This document shows positions 23,253-32,654 of a DNA stretch of 64,000 nt, in pieces. The notes below the pieces were generated by a model. The model was not told the origin of the DNA and made no database searches. It saw nothing but the letters and a program-made list of their open reading frames with translations. How positions within the stretch are numbered: the stretch's first letter is position 1; each line of letters opens with the position of its first letter. Origin of the DNA: Actinomycetota bacterium (GTDB taxonomy: Bacteria > Actinomycetota > Actinomycetes > Actinomycetales > Cellulomonadaceae); the NCBI GenBank assembly GCA_018898235.1, contig JAHIJU010000247.1:13124-77123 (forward strand), given 5' to 3'. Made by a program: the position numbers and the translations under genes.

Positions 23253-23474
23253 TCAGTCGGCAGCCCGGACCTCGACCTCGCGCGCCTCGTCGGCCAGCAG
23301 CACCGGCACACCGTCCCGGACCGGGTACGCCAGCCGGCGCACCGGATCGGTGCCGACCAGCTCGGGTTCACCGTCGGGACCGACGGCATCGATCAGCGGC
23401 GACCCGGTCACCGGGCACCGCAACAGCTCCCTGGCCCACGGCTCCAGCGCCGGTCCGCTCGTCGTCGCCACCAT
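23253..23474 (-). CDS. Trm112-family protein
   Basis: ELLRCPVTGSPL...AYPVRDGVPVLLADEA; TGATG overlap with manB stop. Confidence 0.88.
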   Translation of the reverse strand: MVATTSGPALEPWARELLRCPVTGSPLIDAVGPDGEPELVGTDPVRRLAYPVRDGVPVLLADEAREVEVRAAD

Positions 23475-24892
23475 CAGGCCCCGCCCTTCACCAGCGCGAT
23501 CACGTCGTCGCGCACCTTGATCATGATGTCCTCGTCGGCCGCCTCGACATTGAGCCGTAGCACGGGCTCGGTCTGCGACTCGCGCACGTTGAACCACCAC
23601 TGCGGCACCCCGTCCCAGTGCGAGACCGTGAGGCCGTCCAGCTCGTCGACCTGAACCGGCCCGACACCTGAAGCGTAGGCGCGCCGGACGGCGTCCTTCG
23701 CCGCGTCGACGTCCGGGACCAGCAGGTTGATCTCGCCGCTGGCGCTGTACGGCTGGTAGAGGTCCGCCAGCACCGACATGGGGTGCTGCTGCTCGCCGAG
23801 AGCCGCCAGCACGTGCAGCGCGGCCAGCAGGCCGTCATCGGCGTAGAAGAACTCGCGGAAGTAGTAGTGACCGGAGTGCTCGCCGCCGAACACGGCACCG
23901 GCGGCCGCCATCTCGCGCTTGACGTACGAGTGGCCGACGCGGGTCCGGACGGTCCGCGCCCCGGCCGCGGCCATCAGGTCGGGCACCACCCGCGAGGTGA
24001 TGAGGTTCCAGATCACCGTGGCCTCGCGCCCGGCGCGCTGCTCGCGCTCGACCTCGCGCAGGCCGATGAGTGCGGTGATCGCCGACGGGCTCACCGCCTC
24101 GCCCAGCTCGTCGACCACCAGGCAGCGGTCGGCATCGGCGTCGAAGGCGAGACCCAGGTCTGCGTGATGCTCGAGCACGGCCGCCCGCAGGTCGGCGAGC
24201 GACTCGGCCTCCAGCGGTCCCCCTGTGCGGTGCGGCAGCCGCCCGTCCAGGCGCATGTGCACCTCGATCACCCGCACGGGTGCCGGCTCGATCCCCGCGT
24301 CGACGCCCAGCACCGCGGGCACTGTCAGACCGGCCATCCCGTTGCCTGCGTCGACGACGACCACGAGCGGACGGACGGTGGACAGGTCCACCAACCCGCG
24401 CAGCATCGCCGCGTAGTCGACCAGCACGTCCCAGGTCGAGACCTGGCCGAGCTCCCCGACCACGGGCAGCCCGTCGCTCAGGTACTGCTCCGCCCGCCGC
24501 GCCACCTGCACCAGACCGGAGTCCTCGGCGACCGGTGCTGCACCCGCCCGGCAGAGCTTGAGCCCGTTCCAGCCCGCCGGGTGGTGGCTCGCGGTGACCA
24601 TGACGCCGGGCAACCGGCGCACGCCGGAGGCGTAGTACAGCTCGTCCGTCGAGCACAGACCGAGCTCGACCACGTGCACGCCCCGCATGGCCAGCCCCTC
24701 GACCACCGCCGTCGCGAGCTGCGGCGACGTCACGCGCATGTCGTGACCGACCACGACGGTGTCGTCCCCGTCCGGGAGCACCACCTCGTCGGCGAACGCT
24801 GCGGCAAGGGCCGTGACCGACTCCTCGTCGAGGTCCTGCGGTACCCGCCCACGCACGTCGTAGACGTTGACGACCGCGCCGAGCCCGCTCAC
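23474..24892 (-). CDS. manB: Phosphomannomutase/phosphoglucomutase with divergent motifs
   Basis: YDVRG, TASHHP phosphoserine loop, FDADADR metal loop, FGGEHSGHYYF; start at GTG 24892. Confidence 0.85.
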   Translation of the reverse strand: MSGLGAVVNVYDVRGRVPQDLDEESVTALAAAFADEVVLPDGDDTVVVGHDMRVTSPQLATAVVEGLAMRGVHVVELGLCSTDELYYASGVRRLPGVMVTASHHPAGWNGLKLCRAGAAPVAEDSGLVQVARRAEQYLSDGLPVVGELGQVSTWDVLVDYAAMLRGLVDLSTVRPLVVVVDAGNGMAGLTVPAVLGVDAGIEPAPVRVIEVHMRLDGRLPHRTGGPLEAESLADLRAAVLEHHADLGLAFDADADRCLVVDELGEAVSPSAITALIGLREVEREQRAGREATVIWNLITSRVVPDLMAAAGARTVRTRVGHSYVKREMAAAGAVFGGEHSGHYYFREFFYADDGLLAALHVLAALGEQQHPMSVLADLYQPYSASGEINLLVPDVDAAKDAVRRAYASGVGPVQVDELDGLTVSHWDGVPQWWFNVRESQTEPVLRLNVEAADEDIMIKVRDDVIALVKGGA

Positions 24893-25005
24893 TGTCCGTC
24901 CGACCTCATCGCTGTCCCGATTCCCGGACCTGACCCCGGGCGCACCGCGCCGGGCCCGTCCACCGTCTGCGGCGGCCGGCGGCTCCCACTGTAGCCGCGC
25001 AGCCC

Positions 25006-25254
25006 TCAGCCCACCGGGCCGATGTCGGCCGCCGTGAGCGGTTCGCCGTCGCCGTCCACCGCGAACCACGCGTTCTTCTCGCAGCGCGGGCAGGAGACGA
25101 ACACCGCCGGGATGCCGCTCGGCGTCCGCATCCGGATCCGCGTGATCCGCGGTTCACCGCAGGACAGGCAGACGGCCGTGCCGGGCACGGGAGGACCTGC
25201 GGGCTGGCTGAACGAGCCGAGCGGTTCCGGGTCGTCCGAGCGGCGAGCAGCCAT
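25006..25254 (-). CDS. Small hypothetical protein with CxxC...CxxC zinc-ribbon pattern (82 aa)
   Basis: ATG begins 2 nt after the DUF3499 stop; CLSC and CPRC pairs. Confidence 0.6.
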   Translation of the reverse strand: MAARRSDDPEPLGSFSQPAGPPVPGTAVCLSCGEPRITRIRMRTPSGIPAVFVSCPRCEKNAWFAVDGDGEPLTAADIGPVG

Positions 25255-25255
25255 C

Positions 25256-25618
25256 TCAGTCCTCGCCGCCGTGCAGCACCCGCAGATGGCCGCGCGGACG
25301 GCCGGGCGCCGCGGGGTCGGGCGCCGCGGAGGGGACCGGGACGGCCGGCCTCCCCGCCTCGCGCACAGCGTCGGCAAGCGCGAGCAGATCGTCACGGCTG
25401 GGCGGCGGGGTGGTCAGGTCCGGGGTGAGCCGGACCACCTCCCATCCGCGGGGCGCCGTGAGTCGCTGGGCGTGCACCGAGCACAGGTCGTAGGAGTGGG
25501 GTTCGGCCAGCTGCGACAACGGGCCGAGAACGGCCGTGGAGTCGGCGTAGACGTAGGTGAGCGTGGCCACCGCAGGGAGCCCGCAGGCCGTTCGCGAGCA
25601 CTGCCTCACACTTCTCAC
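25256..25618 (-). CDS. DUF3499-domain protein
   Basis: RQCSRTAC...AVATLTYVYADSTAVLGPL...EPHSYDLC..HA.RLTAPRGWEVVRL...DDLLALADAVREA. Confidence 0.93.
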   Translation of the reverse strand: MRSVRQCSRTACGLPAVATLTYVYADSTAVLGPLSQLAEPHSYDLCSVHAQRLTAPRGWEVVRLTPDLTTPPPSRDDLLALADAVREAGRPAVPVPSAAPDPAAPGRPRGHLRVLHGGED

Positions 25619-25694
25619 GGGCTCGACCGTACCTCCCGCGCGCCCGGCGGCCAGGCAGGCACGGCCGTCGAGGCCACCGGGCTACCCTGAGCGG

Positions 25695-26258
25695 ATGATG
25701 TCGTGGGGTGGAAGCCGGCGCACCGGTGGTGCACCGGGCGGCGGAGCACCAGGCGCAGGGACTCCCGGCCCCGGGGCTGGTCCGGCTCCGACCCGCGCGC
25801 TCGTCAGCTCACGGCGCTCGGGGGCGGCCTCGACCCCGACGTCCGGGGCGCGGCGCCGCGACCGGCGCGGCCGGGGTCTGCGTGGCCCGCTCATGCCCAG
25901 CACGTTGCCGGCCTACCGCACCCGCGCCGAACGGTTCGACGACCTCGTCCTGGAGGCCGTCGAGACGCTCGAGCGGCGCTGGTCGCGTCAGCTCGACGGC
26001 ACGGAGTTCGCCGTCGAGGACGTCCCCCCGAGCCAGCCGGCCCCCTGGGAGATCGGCGGCGTCCCGCTCGGGCGCTACTTCCCGTCCGACGCCGGGCAGC
26101 CGGACCGGATCGTGGTCTATCGCCGTCCGATCGAGATCCGGGCCTTCGACCGGGACGACCTGGCCGATCTCGTCCATGACGTGGTCGTCGAGCAGGTCGC
26201 CCACCTGCTGGGCCGCGCACCGCAGGACGTCGACCCCGACTTCCGCGACGACCACTGA
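25695..26258 (+). CDS. Zincin-like metallopeptidase family protein (DUF1025-type)
   Basis: RRRDRRGRGLRGPL, FDDLVL, EFAVEDVP, IVVYRRP, VHDVVVEQVAHLLG; start uncertain. Confidence 0.85.
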   Translation: MMSWGGSRRTGGAPGGGAPGAGTPGPGAGPAPTRALVSSRRSGAASTPTSGARRRDRRGRGLRGPLMPSTLPAYRTRAERFDDLVLEAVETLERRWSRQLDGTEFAVEDVPPSQPAPWEIGGVPLGRYFPSDAGQPDRIVVYRRPIEIRAFDRDDLADLVHDVVVEQVAHLLGRAPQDVDPDFRDDH

Positions 26259-26272
26259 AGGCCCCGCCACCC

Positions 26273-27127
26273 ATGAGTTCACCTGTCGTCCGTGTCGTCT
26301 GCGTCGTCTTCCACCCCGGCGACGAGCTCGCGGCGTTCGTCGAGTCGCTGCCGGGTGCGAGCTCACGGCCGGTCGAGCTGGTCGTCGTCGACAACGGGAC
26401 CGACCAGTCGGTCTCGGCGCCGGTGACCGAGCGCGCCGGGGGCCGGCTGCTGGTCACCGGCGCGAACCTGGGCTACGGCACCGCAGCCAACCGGGGCGCG
26501 GCCGGGGCGCAGACCGACTGGGTCGTCGTGGTGAACCCCGACATCGAATGGGCCCCTGGCGCGCTCGACGCCCTGCTCGACGCCGGTGCAGCCGAGCCGT
26601 CGGTCGGTGCCCTGGGGCCGAAGGTCTGCAATGTCGACGGGTCGGTCTACCCCTCGGCGCGCGAGCTGCCGTCATTGACCCAGGGAGCCGGGCACGCCCT
26701 GTTCTCCCGCATCTGGCCGACCAACCCGTGGACCCGCGCCTACCACGCCCGTCAGGAGCGGATCGGCGACCGACGAACGGCCGGTTGGCTCTCGGGCTCC
26801 TGTCTGCTGCTGCGCCGCACGGCGTTCGAGCAGATCGGCGGCTTCGACGAGCGCTACTTCATGTTCTTCGAGGACGTCGACCTGGGCGAACGCCTGGGCC
26901 GCGCAGGGTGGGCCAGCCTGTACGTCCCGCAGGCGACGGTGACCCACCTCGGGGGCGCCTCGTGGCGGTCGACCCCCGCGCCCATGGTCCGGGCCCACCA
27001 CGCGAGCGCCCGGCGCTACCTGTTCTCCCGCTACTCGCGCTGGTACCAGGCCCCCGTGCGCGCCGCCCTCGCGGTCGGCCTGGCCGCCCGCGAGCAGGTC
27101 CAGCTGCGCACCGGCCGCACACACTGA
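26273..27127 (+). CDS. GT2 rhamnosyltransferase, WbbL-like
   Basis: NLGYGTAANRG, VVNPD, GSVYPSAR, GWLSGSCLLLRR, GGFDERYFMFFEDVDLG, AHHASARRY. Confidence 0.85.
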   Translation: MSSPVVRVVCVVFHPGDELAAFVESLPGASSRPVELVVVDNGTDQSVSAPVTERAGGRLLVTGANLGYGTAANRGAAGAQTDWVVVVNPDIEWAPGALDALLDAGAAEPSVGALGPKVCNVDGSVYPSARELPSLTQGAGHALFSRIWPTNPWTRAYHARQERIGDRRTAGWLSGSCLLLRRTAFEQIGGFDERYFMFFEDVDLGERLGRAGWASLYVPQATVTHLGGASWRSTPAPMVRAHHASARRYLFSRYSRWYQAPVRAALAVGLAAREQVQLRTGRTH

Positions 27128-27148
27128 GCCGGCCGGACCCGGGCCGCG

Positions 27149-28720
27149 TCAGCCGAGCCCGAGCGCCGGGTCCTGCCGCACCGGGACCATGGCGGCGGCA
27201 CCGTCCACGCGGACCGGGTCGAGTAGGCTCACCAGCTCGCCATCCGCCTGCGTGAGCGTGGACACCAGCGCCCACGCGAGGCTCGCCCCGGAGCCGGACG
27301 AGGTCACCAGACGGACCGCGGCGACCTTGCTCCCCGACCCCGCAGGCGCGAGGTCATCGATCGACCATGCACCCGTGGTCCCGGCATCGACCGACAGCTG
27401 GTGGGTGACGAGGACCCGGCCGTCGGTGCCGATCACCTCGACCTGGCCCGCCGCGCTGACGTCGGTAGCCACCTGGGCACCGTCGCCGACCGCACCGATG
27501 ACCAGGGTGGACGCCGTCCCGACCGGCACGGCCACGAGCCCGTCACCGACGGGTGTCGAGGCCGCCAACGCCCGATCGACGCGTGCCGTGTCGTCGAGCT
27601 CCCCCGCCGCGCCCACCCGACTGAAGGCCGCGGACGCCACGAACGGCGCGTCGGCGTCGACCACCACGGTGTACCGGTCGGCCGGCAGCCCGCCGAGCGG
27701 GACGTCGACCACCTGCCCGGCGGACAGGTCGACCGAGTCGGCGCCGGGCAGCTCGACGGGGCCGCCCGATCCCAGCAACGAGATCCGAGCCGTGGTGTCC
27801 ATATCGGGTGACAGGAGCCGCAGGACGGGCTGGGAGCTGTCGCCGACCGCGGACGACCCCACCACCAGACCGGGCACGATCTGGCGAGCCGCCGGCCCCG
27901 AACCCGGGACCACCAGGTCGGTGCCCGCCGCGGTGAAGCCGTTGAGCAGGTCGTCCTGCAGGTGGGCCGACACCTGACCACCGCTCACGCTCACCTGCAC
28001 GACGAGCGCGCGTTGCTCACCGGCGACAGCGGCCAGGTCGACCACCTGCTGGGCGCCGGGTGCGACGAGCGCCCGATCGTTCGTCAGGTCGACCGGACCG
28101 GCCGCACCCCACACCTGCCAGGTCACCTCAGCCGCCGTGCTTCCGGGGTTCACCAGGACGAGACGTGCCGTCGCGCCCACCGACGTCGCCCCTCCGACCA
28201 GCCAGGACTGCGCACTCGCAGGCTGGCACGAGGCTCCCGACAGCCCCCGCAGATCGCCGGCGGTCGTCACCGTCATCGAGGCTGCGGCGACCTGCGTCGC
28301 GCCGCTGGACCCCGCGTCGGCCCGCACGACGGTGGCGGTCGCGACGTCGTTCAGCCGGAGCGAGGCACCTCCGGCGGCCAGGGCCCCCGCCGCCGTGCCG
28401 TCGAGCCTGCGCACGAGCGCTGCACCGGCGTCGCTGCCGACGGTCACGGTCTCGGTGCTCGTCCGCGGGGTGACCGGAACCGCGTCGAACTCCGATCCGG
28501 TGGACCGGGCGCCCTCCGGGAGCTGGACGGTGCCGGGGCAGACCAGGGTCGTCGCGCTCGCGGGCACGTGCGCCGTCGGGTCCGGCACGCCATGGGCCGT
28601 CGCCGATGGCTGCCGGATCCCCGCGCCGACCACGGCGACGGTGACCGCGAGCACGGCAAGCGCAGTACCCGCGCGTCCGAGCCTGCCGAGCCAGCGCCGC
28701 TGCGGCGTCCGGTCACTCAT
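27149..28720 (-). CDS. DUF5719-family secreted/membrane-anchored protein
   Basis: N-terminal TM; TLVCPG, GDLRGLSGASC, WLVGGAT, LVLVNPG; ATGA overlap with the large GT2. Confidence 0.8.
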   Translation of the reverse strand: MSDRTPQRRWLGRLGRAGTALAVLAVTVAVVGAGIRQPSATAHGVPDPTAHVPASATTLVCPGTVQLPEGARSTGSEFDAVPVTPRTSTETVTVGSDAGAALVRRLDGTAAGALAAGGASLRLNDVATATVVRADAGSSGATQVAAASMTVTTAGDLRGLSGASCQPASAQSWLVGGATSVGATARLVLVNPGSTAAEVTWQVWGAAGPVDLTNDRALVAPGAQQVVDLAAVAGEQRALVVQVSVSGGQVSAHLQDDLLNGFTAAGTDLVVPGSGPAARQIVPGLVVGSSAVGDSSQPVLRLLSPDMDTTARISLLGSGGPVELPGADSVDLSAGQVVDVPLGGLPADRYTVVVDADAPFVASAAFSRVGAAGELDDTARVDRALAASTPVGDGLVAVPVGTASTLVIGAVGDGAQVATDVSAAGQVEVIGTDGRVLVTHQLSVDAGTTGAWSIDDLAPAGSGSKVAAVRLVTSSGSGASLAWALVSTLTQADGELVSLLDPVRVDGAAAMVPVRQDPALGLG

Positions 28721-31700
28721 CCGCGTCCTGCCTTCCGTCGACGCAACGGCAGCGCCACGAGCACCGCGAGCAGCCCGACACCGCCCTGGGCGACGAGCCA
28801 GGGGGTACGCCCCGGATCGACGTACCGCACCTCGAGATGACCCGCAGCGCCCGCCGGCACCGTGAACCCCTGGCGCCAACCGACGTCGGCGCGGCTCAGC
28901 GGGGTCCCATCGATCCACGCGTGCCAGCCCGCCGCGCCGCGCGCCGCCAGGACCAGGACGCGGTCACCGTCCGCGGCCTCGAGCCGGGTGTCCACCTGGC
29001 TGCCGTCGGAGGCGACCGCCGTCGCCGTCGTGGTCAGCGCCGTCGGATCGGCTCCGGGCACGAGCAGCCGCGCCCAGCTCGTCACGACGGCGCGGCCCGC
29101 ATCGGCGGCCGGTGCGGCCACCCGCCACAAGGTCCCGGTCGACCCAGACGTGACGCGTTCGAGGCCCGCGGTCGCATCGAGCCGGGCCACCAGGAGCGCA
29201 CGCGCCTGGCCCGCGGCGTCGTCCCCGGTCGAGCCGCGGGCCAGTGCCGGGACCTGCACATCGGCGACCCCGAGGGCGCCGAGCGACGCCGACACGTCCA
29301 CCCCGGCTCCGGCGGCGAGGAGGGCCACCGCGTCCTGGGCCTCGGCACTCGCGCCGTCGAGGTCGGCGAGCCCACCCGAGGCCAACGGACCCGTCAGAGC
29401 GCCGGTCGAGACGGAGGCGGCCTGGTCGATGAGGAGCACACCGTCCGCCCGGAGCAGCTGCCAGCGGACCGGGTCGGTGCCGGCGGCCGCCGCCACCATC
29501 AGCACCCGAGATCCGGCGGGCGCGGCGAACGCCTGCTGCGCGACCGCCGGCACCACAGGGTCGTCGCCGGCCCGCAGCGCGAGCCCCGACCCTGAGCGCA
29601 TCTGCCACACCCAGGACCCGGCACTGACGCCCACCACCACCACCGCCAGGGCCACGAGCCCGGCCGCCACCGGCTGGCGCCATCCGAAGGCGTGGGTCGC
29701 CAGCCGTGCGCTCGCACCGTCGGCCCCGACCAGCCCGGCCACCAGCAGCCCGAGGAGCGCGAGCGACACCGCCGTCCCCACCCAGGCAGGTCCGACCTGG
29801 TCCGCGCTGCGCACGGCCGGCACCGCGGCCACAACGGTCGCGGACGCCAGGCCGATCGCCGCGACGAGCCATCCGACCCGCACCGCCCGGGCCGCCCGAC
29901 CACCCCGGGCGAACGCGAGCACCGCGAGCACCAGCACCAGTCCGCCGGCCAGCACAGGCCAGGCCTCCTGGCCCCAGGTCGGCACCCACGCGGGCACCAG
30001 GGCGTCCGTCACGGTCGTCGGGACACCGAGCAGGCGGTGCACGGCACCCGCGGGTGTCTGCGTGGTGGCGAGCCCCGGTTCGGCGAGCAGCACCCGTACC
30101 CCGACCAGCCCGCGCCCCGCGGCCTCGACAAGCAGCGGCCCGAGGAGCACCAGGGCCGGGACCGGGACCAGCAGCACCCGCAGACCGCGCCGGCCGGTGG
30201 CCACGGCCACCACGACGCACACCAGGATCAGTGGTGCGAGCAGCACGGGAGCACCCGCCACGGTCACCGCACCGGCGAGCGCCGCACCACCGAGGGCGGC
30301 CACCGAACGTCCCGGTGCACGCCCGCCGAACACGGCGGCGTCACCGACCGGCACCGGCTGCGACCGGTGGGCGACGGCGGGATGCGGCTCCTCCGGGGCC
30401 GCCTCGCCCTCGGTCGACGGGGCCGCGACGGTCGCCAGTCCCGACACGACGCGGTCGCCTCGCTGCACGCCGAGCGCCCGGGCCACGCCCAACGCCACGA
30501 GCGGCAGGCCGATGTGCGCCACGACCGCGCCCAGCCGGCCGGAGGCCACGGCGAGCAGCAGCGGCGGCGCCAGCGCCCACACGAGAGCAGCCCAGGCGCG
30601 CGTCGCGACCGACCGCGTCGCCGCACCGGAGGCCGCCCAGGCGCTCCAGCCCGCGAGCAGGACACCGCCGAGCAGCAGGCCCGAGGCCACCGGCACCAGA
30701 CTGCCGTCGAAGAGCGCCGCCGGGAGGGCCAGGACCCGGAGCAACGGGTCGGCGGCACCGGCCGTCCCGAGCCCGGAGTCCACCCACCCGGAGGTCGCGG
30801 CGGACCACAGCCCGTCCCACGTGGAGGTGGCGAAGGCCAGCGCACCGCCGGACAGCCGCCCGCCGGTGAGCACCGGCGCGAGCAGCCCCCCGAGCGCGAC
30901 GACGCTCGCGACCAGCAGCACGGTCATCACAGCCGCCAGCGTCGCCCGGCGTCGGCGGGCGAGCGCCGCGAGCTCCGAGAGCTCAAGCTCGGACGCCCTG
31001 GCACCAGCGGGGTCGGCGTGGGACCGCGTGAGGCGCCGGTCGCGTGCCGCGACCCACACCTCGCGCCAGCTCGCCTGCAACGGCCACAGCGTTCGCCGCG
31101 GCAGCCGAACTGTCCGATGCGCGGCGGCCCGGGACCTCCGGACCGCCGCCGGGCGCGCCAGGGCCGCCCATCCCCCGCTGAGCTCGTCGGCGGCCAGCTC
31201 GGGGGACGAGAGCGCCACCTGGCCCAGTGCGCGCAACGGCGCCGCGACCAGCGCCGCGAGCACGACGAACGGCACACCCCACCAGGGCGCCGCCACCAGC
31301 CTGGCGTGCACCAGCGAGCGGCGACGCGCGGCGTAGGACCTGCGGGGGTCAGCGGCGTCGGGCTCGCCGTCGCCGTCCAGGTCCACCAGCTCGACGTTCC
31401 CCCGCCGCAATCCGTGGAACCCCGCCTGGGCGTGCCGCACCACGGCCGAGGGCACGACGACCACCCGGTGCCCCGCGAGCCGCGCGCGGCGCGACAGGTC
31501 GAGCCCGTCGCCGAACGACCCCAGCGCCGGATCGGTTCCGCCCAGCTCGTCCCACACGTCGCGGCGCACGAGAGCCCCCGCGATCCCGACGCCGAGGACG
31601 TCGGTCCGGCCGTCATGCTGCCCCTGGTCGAGCTCTCCCGGTTCGACGTCGTTCACGCGGCGCCCGGACCGGGTGGTCCGCACCCCCACCTCGAGCAGCC

Positions 31701-32154
31701 GCTCCGGATCGGTCCACGTGCGCTGCTTGGCCCCGGCCACCACGACCGACGGGGCATGGCTCACGGCGCGGACCAGCTCGGCGAGGGCATCGGGTGCCGG
31801 GGCGCTGTCGTCGTGCAGCAACCACACCCACGGCATCGGTTCGCCGCCGCCGACGGCGAACCGCGCCAGCCCCTCGCTCACCGCCTCCCCGAAGGTGCGG
31901 ACCGGGACGTGCGCATAGGCCGTCCGCACGTCAACGGCTCCGGCGAACGCCCTGTCCAGCTCGGCGCGCGCTCCGGCCGGACCACCCACGTCCACCAGCA
32001 GGACCTGCACGGGGTGACGGGTCTGGTTCGCCAGGGCGTCCAGGGTGCGCGACAGATAGGGACCGACCCCCGCCGTCACCACCACGGCCGTCACCGCAGC
32101 AACGACCGGCACTGACGACGTGGCCGACGAACCTGCCAGGTCTGCGGGCCTCAT
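28717..32154 (-). CDS. Large membrane glycosyltransferase (N-terminal GT2 plus multi-TM region)
   Basis: 1145 aa; WVWLLHDDSAPAPDAL, ELDQGQHD, ALVRRDVWDELGG; conserved neighbour downstream of whiB. Confidence 0.88.
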   Translation of the reverse strand: MRPADLAGSSATSSVPVVAAVTAVVVTAGVGPYLSRTLDALANQTRHPVQVLLVDVGGPAGARAELDRAFAGAVDVRTAYAHVPVRTFGEAVSEGLARFAVGGGEPMPWVWLLHDDSAPAPDALAELVRAVSHAPSVVVAGAKQRTWTDPERLLEVGVRTTRSGRRVNDVEPGELDQGQHDGRTDVLGVGIAGALVRRDVWDELGGTDPALGSFGDGLDLSRRARLAGHRVVVVPSAVVRHAQAGFHGLRRGNVELVDLDGDGEPDAADPRRSYAARRRSLVHARLVAAPWWGVPFVVLAALVAAPLRALGQVALSSPELAADELSGGWAALARPAAVRRSRAAAHRTVRLPRRTLWPLQASWREVWVAARDRRLTRSHADPAGARASELELSELAALARRRRATLAAVMTVLLVASVVALGGLLAPVLTGGRLSGGALAFATSTWDGLWSAATSGWVDSGLGTAGAADPLLRVLALPAALFDGSLVPVASGLLLGGVLLAGWSAWAASGAATRSVATRAWAALVWALAPPLLLAVASGRLGAVVAHIGLPLVALGVARALGVQRGDRVVSGLATVAAPSTEGEAAPEEPHPAVAHRSQPVPVGDAAVFGGRAPGRSVAALGGAALAGAVTVAGAPVLLAPLILVCVVVAVATGRRGLRVLLVPVPALVLLGPLLVEAAGRGLVGVRVLLAEPGLATTQTPAGAVHRLLGVPTTVTDALVPAWVPTWGQEAWPVLAGGLVLVLAVLAFARGGRAARAVRVGWLVAAIGLASATVVAAVPAVRSADQVGPAWVGTAVSLALLGLLVAGLVGADGASARLATHAFGWRQPVAAGLVALAVVVVGVSAGSWVWQMRSGSGLALRAGDDPVVPAVAQQAFAAPAGSRVLMVAAAAGTDPVRWQLLRADGVLLIDQAASVSTGALTGPLASGGLADLDGASAEAQDAVALLAAGAGVDVSASLGALGVADVQVPALARGSTGDDAAGQARALLVARLDATAGLERVTSGSTGTLWRVAAPAADAGRAVVTSWARLLVPGADPTALTTTATAVASDGSQVDTRLEAADGDRVLVLAARGAAGWHAWIDGTPLSRADVGWRQGFTVPAGAAGHLEVRYVDPGRTPWLVAQGGVGLLAVLVALPLRRRKAGRG

Positions 32155-32193
32155 CCCACGCGTGAGACGGGTCCGGGTCGGACGATCACGACC

Positions 32194-32508
32194 TCAGACC
32201 ACCCGACGCTTGAGCTTGCGCCGCTCCCGCTCGGACAGGCCGCCCCAGATGCCGAAGCGCTCATCGTTGGCGAGCGCGTAGTCGAGGCACTCGGCCCGCA
32301 CCTCGCAGCCCGTGCAGACCTTCTTCGCCTCGCGGGTCGAGCCACCCTTCTCAGGGAAGAACGCCTCCGGGTCGGTCTGGGCGCACAGCGCGCGCTCCTG
32401 CCACGACATCGGTCCCGTCTCGGGCTCGTCGAACAGCGAGAGCACATCGGCCAACGGGGTGGGAGCAGGGGTGCCGCGCACTCCGTCGTCGTCGAGCAGT
32501 TCCCACAT
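32194..32508 (-). CDS. whiB: WhiB-family Fe-S transcription regulator (WhiB/WhiB2 type)
   Basis: WQERALCAQTDPEAFFPEKGGSTREAKKVC..CEVRAECL.YAL.NDERFGIWGGLSERERR; GGGAGG RBS. Confidence 0.97.
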   Translation of the reverse strand: MWELLDDDGVRGTPAPTPLADVLSLFDEPETGPMSWQERALCAQTDPEAFFPEKGGSTREAKKVCTGCEVRAECLDYALANDERFGIWGGLSERERRKLKRRVV

Positions 32509-32563
32509 GTGTGCCTCCCGGGCCGGTCTGCCCGCACCGCCTGCCGCTGCGAAGCGCGTCAGG

Positions 32564-32596
32564 GTGAATTACACGCGTGTCGTTCACGGCCGTCAA
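32564..32596 (-). promoter_or_regulatory. SigA-type whiB promoter with overlapping palindrome
   Basis: Minus strand TTGACG (32596-32591), 17-nt spacer, TGTAAT (32573-32568); inverted repeat GTGAA-TT-ACACGCGTGT-CG-TTCAC at 32564-32587. Confidence 0.75.
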
Positions 32597-32654
32597 GTCA
32601 GCGTGTGCTAGTTGTCCGATTTCTGGCGATTCTCACCCGGCCTAGGCTGTGCGG

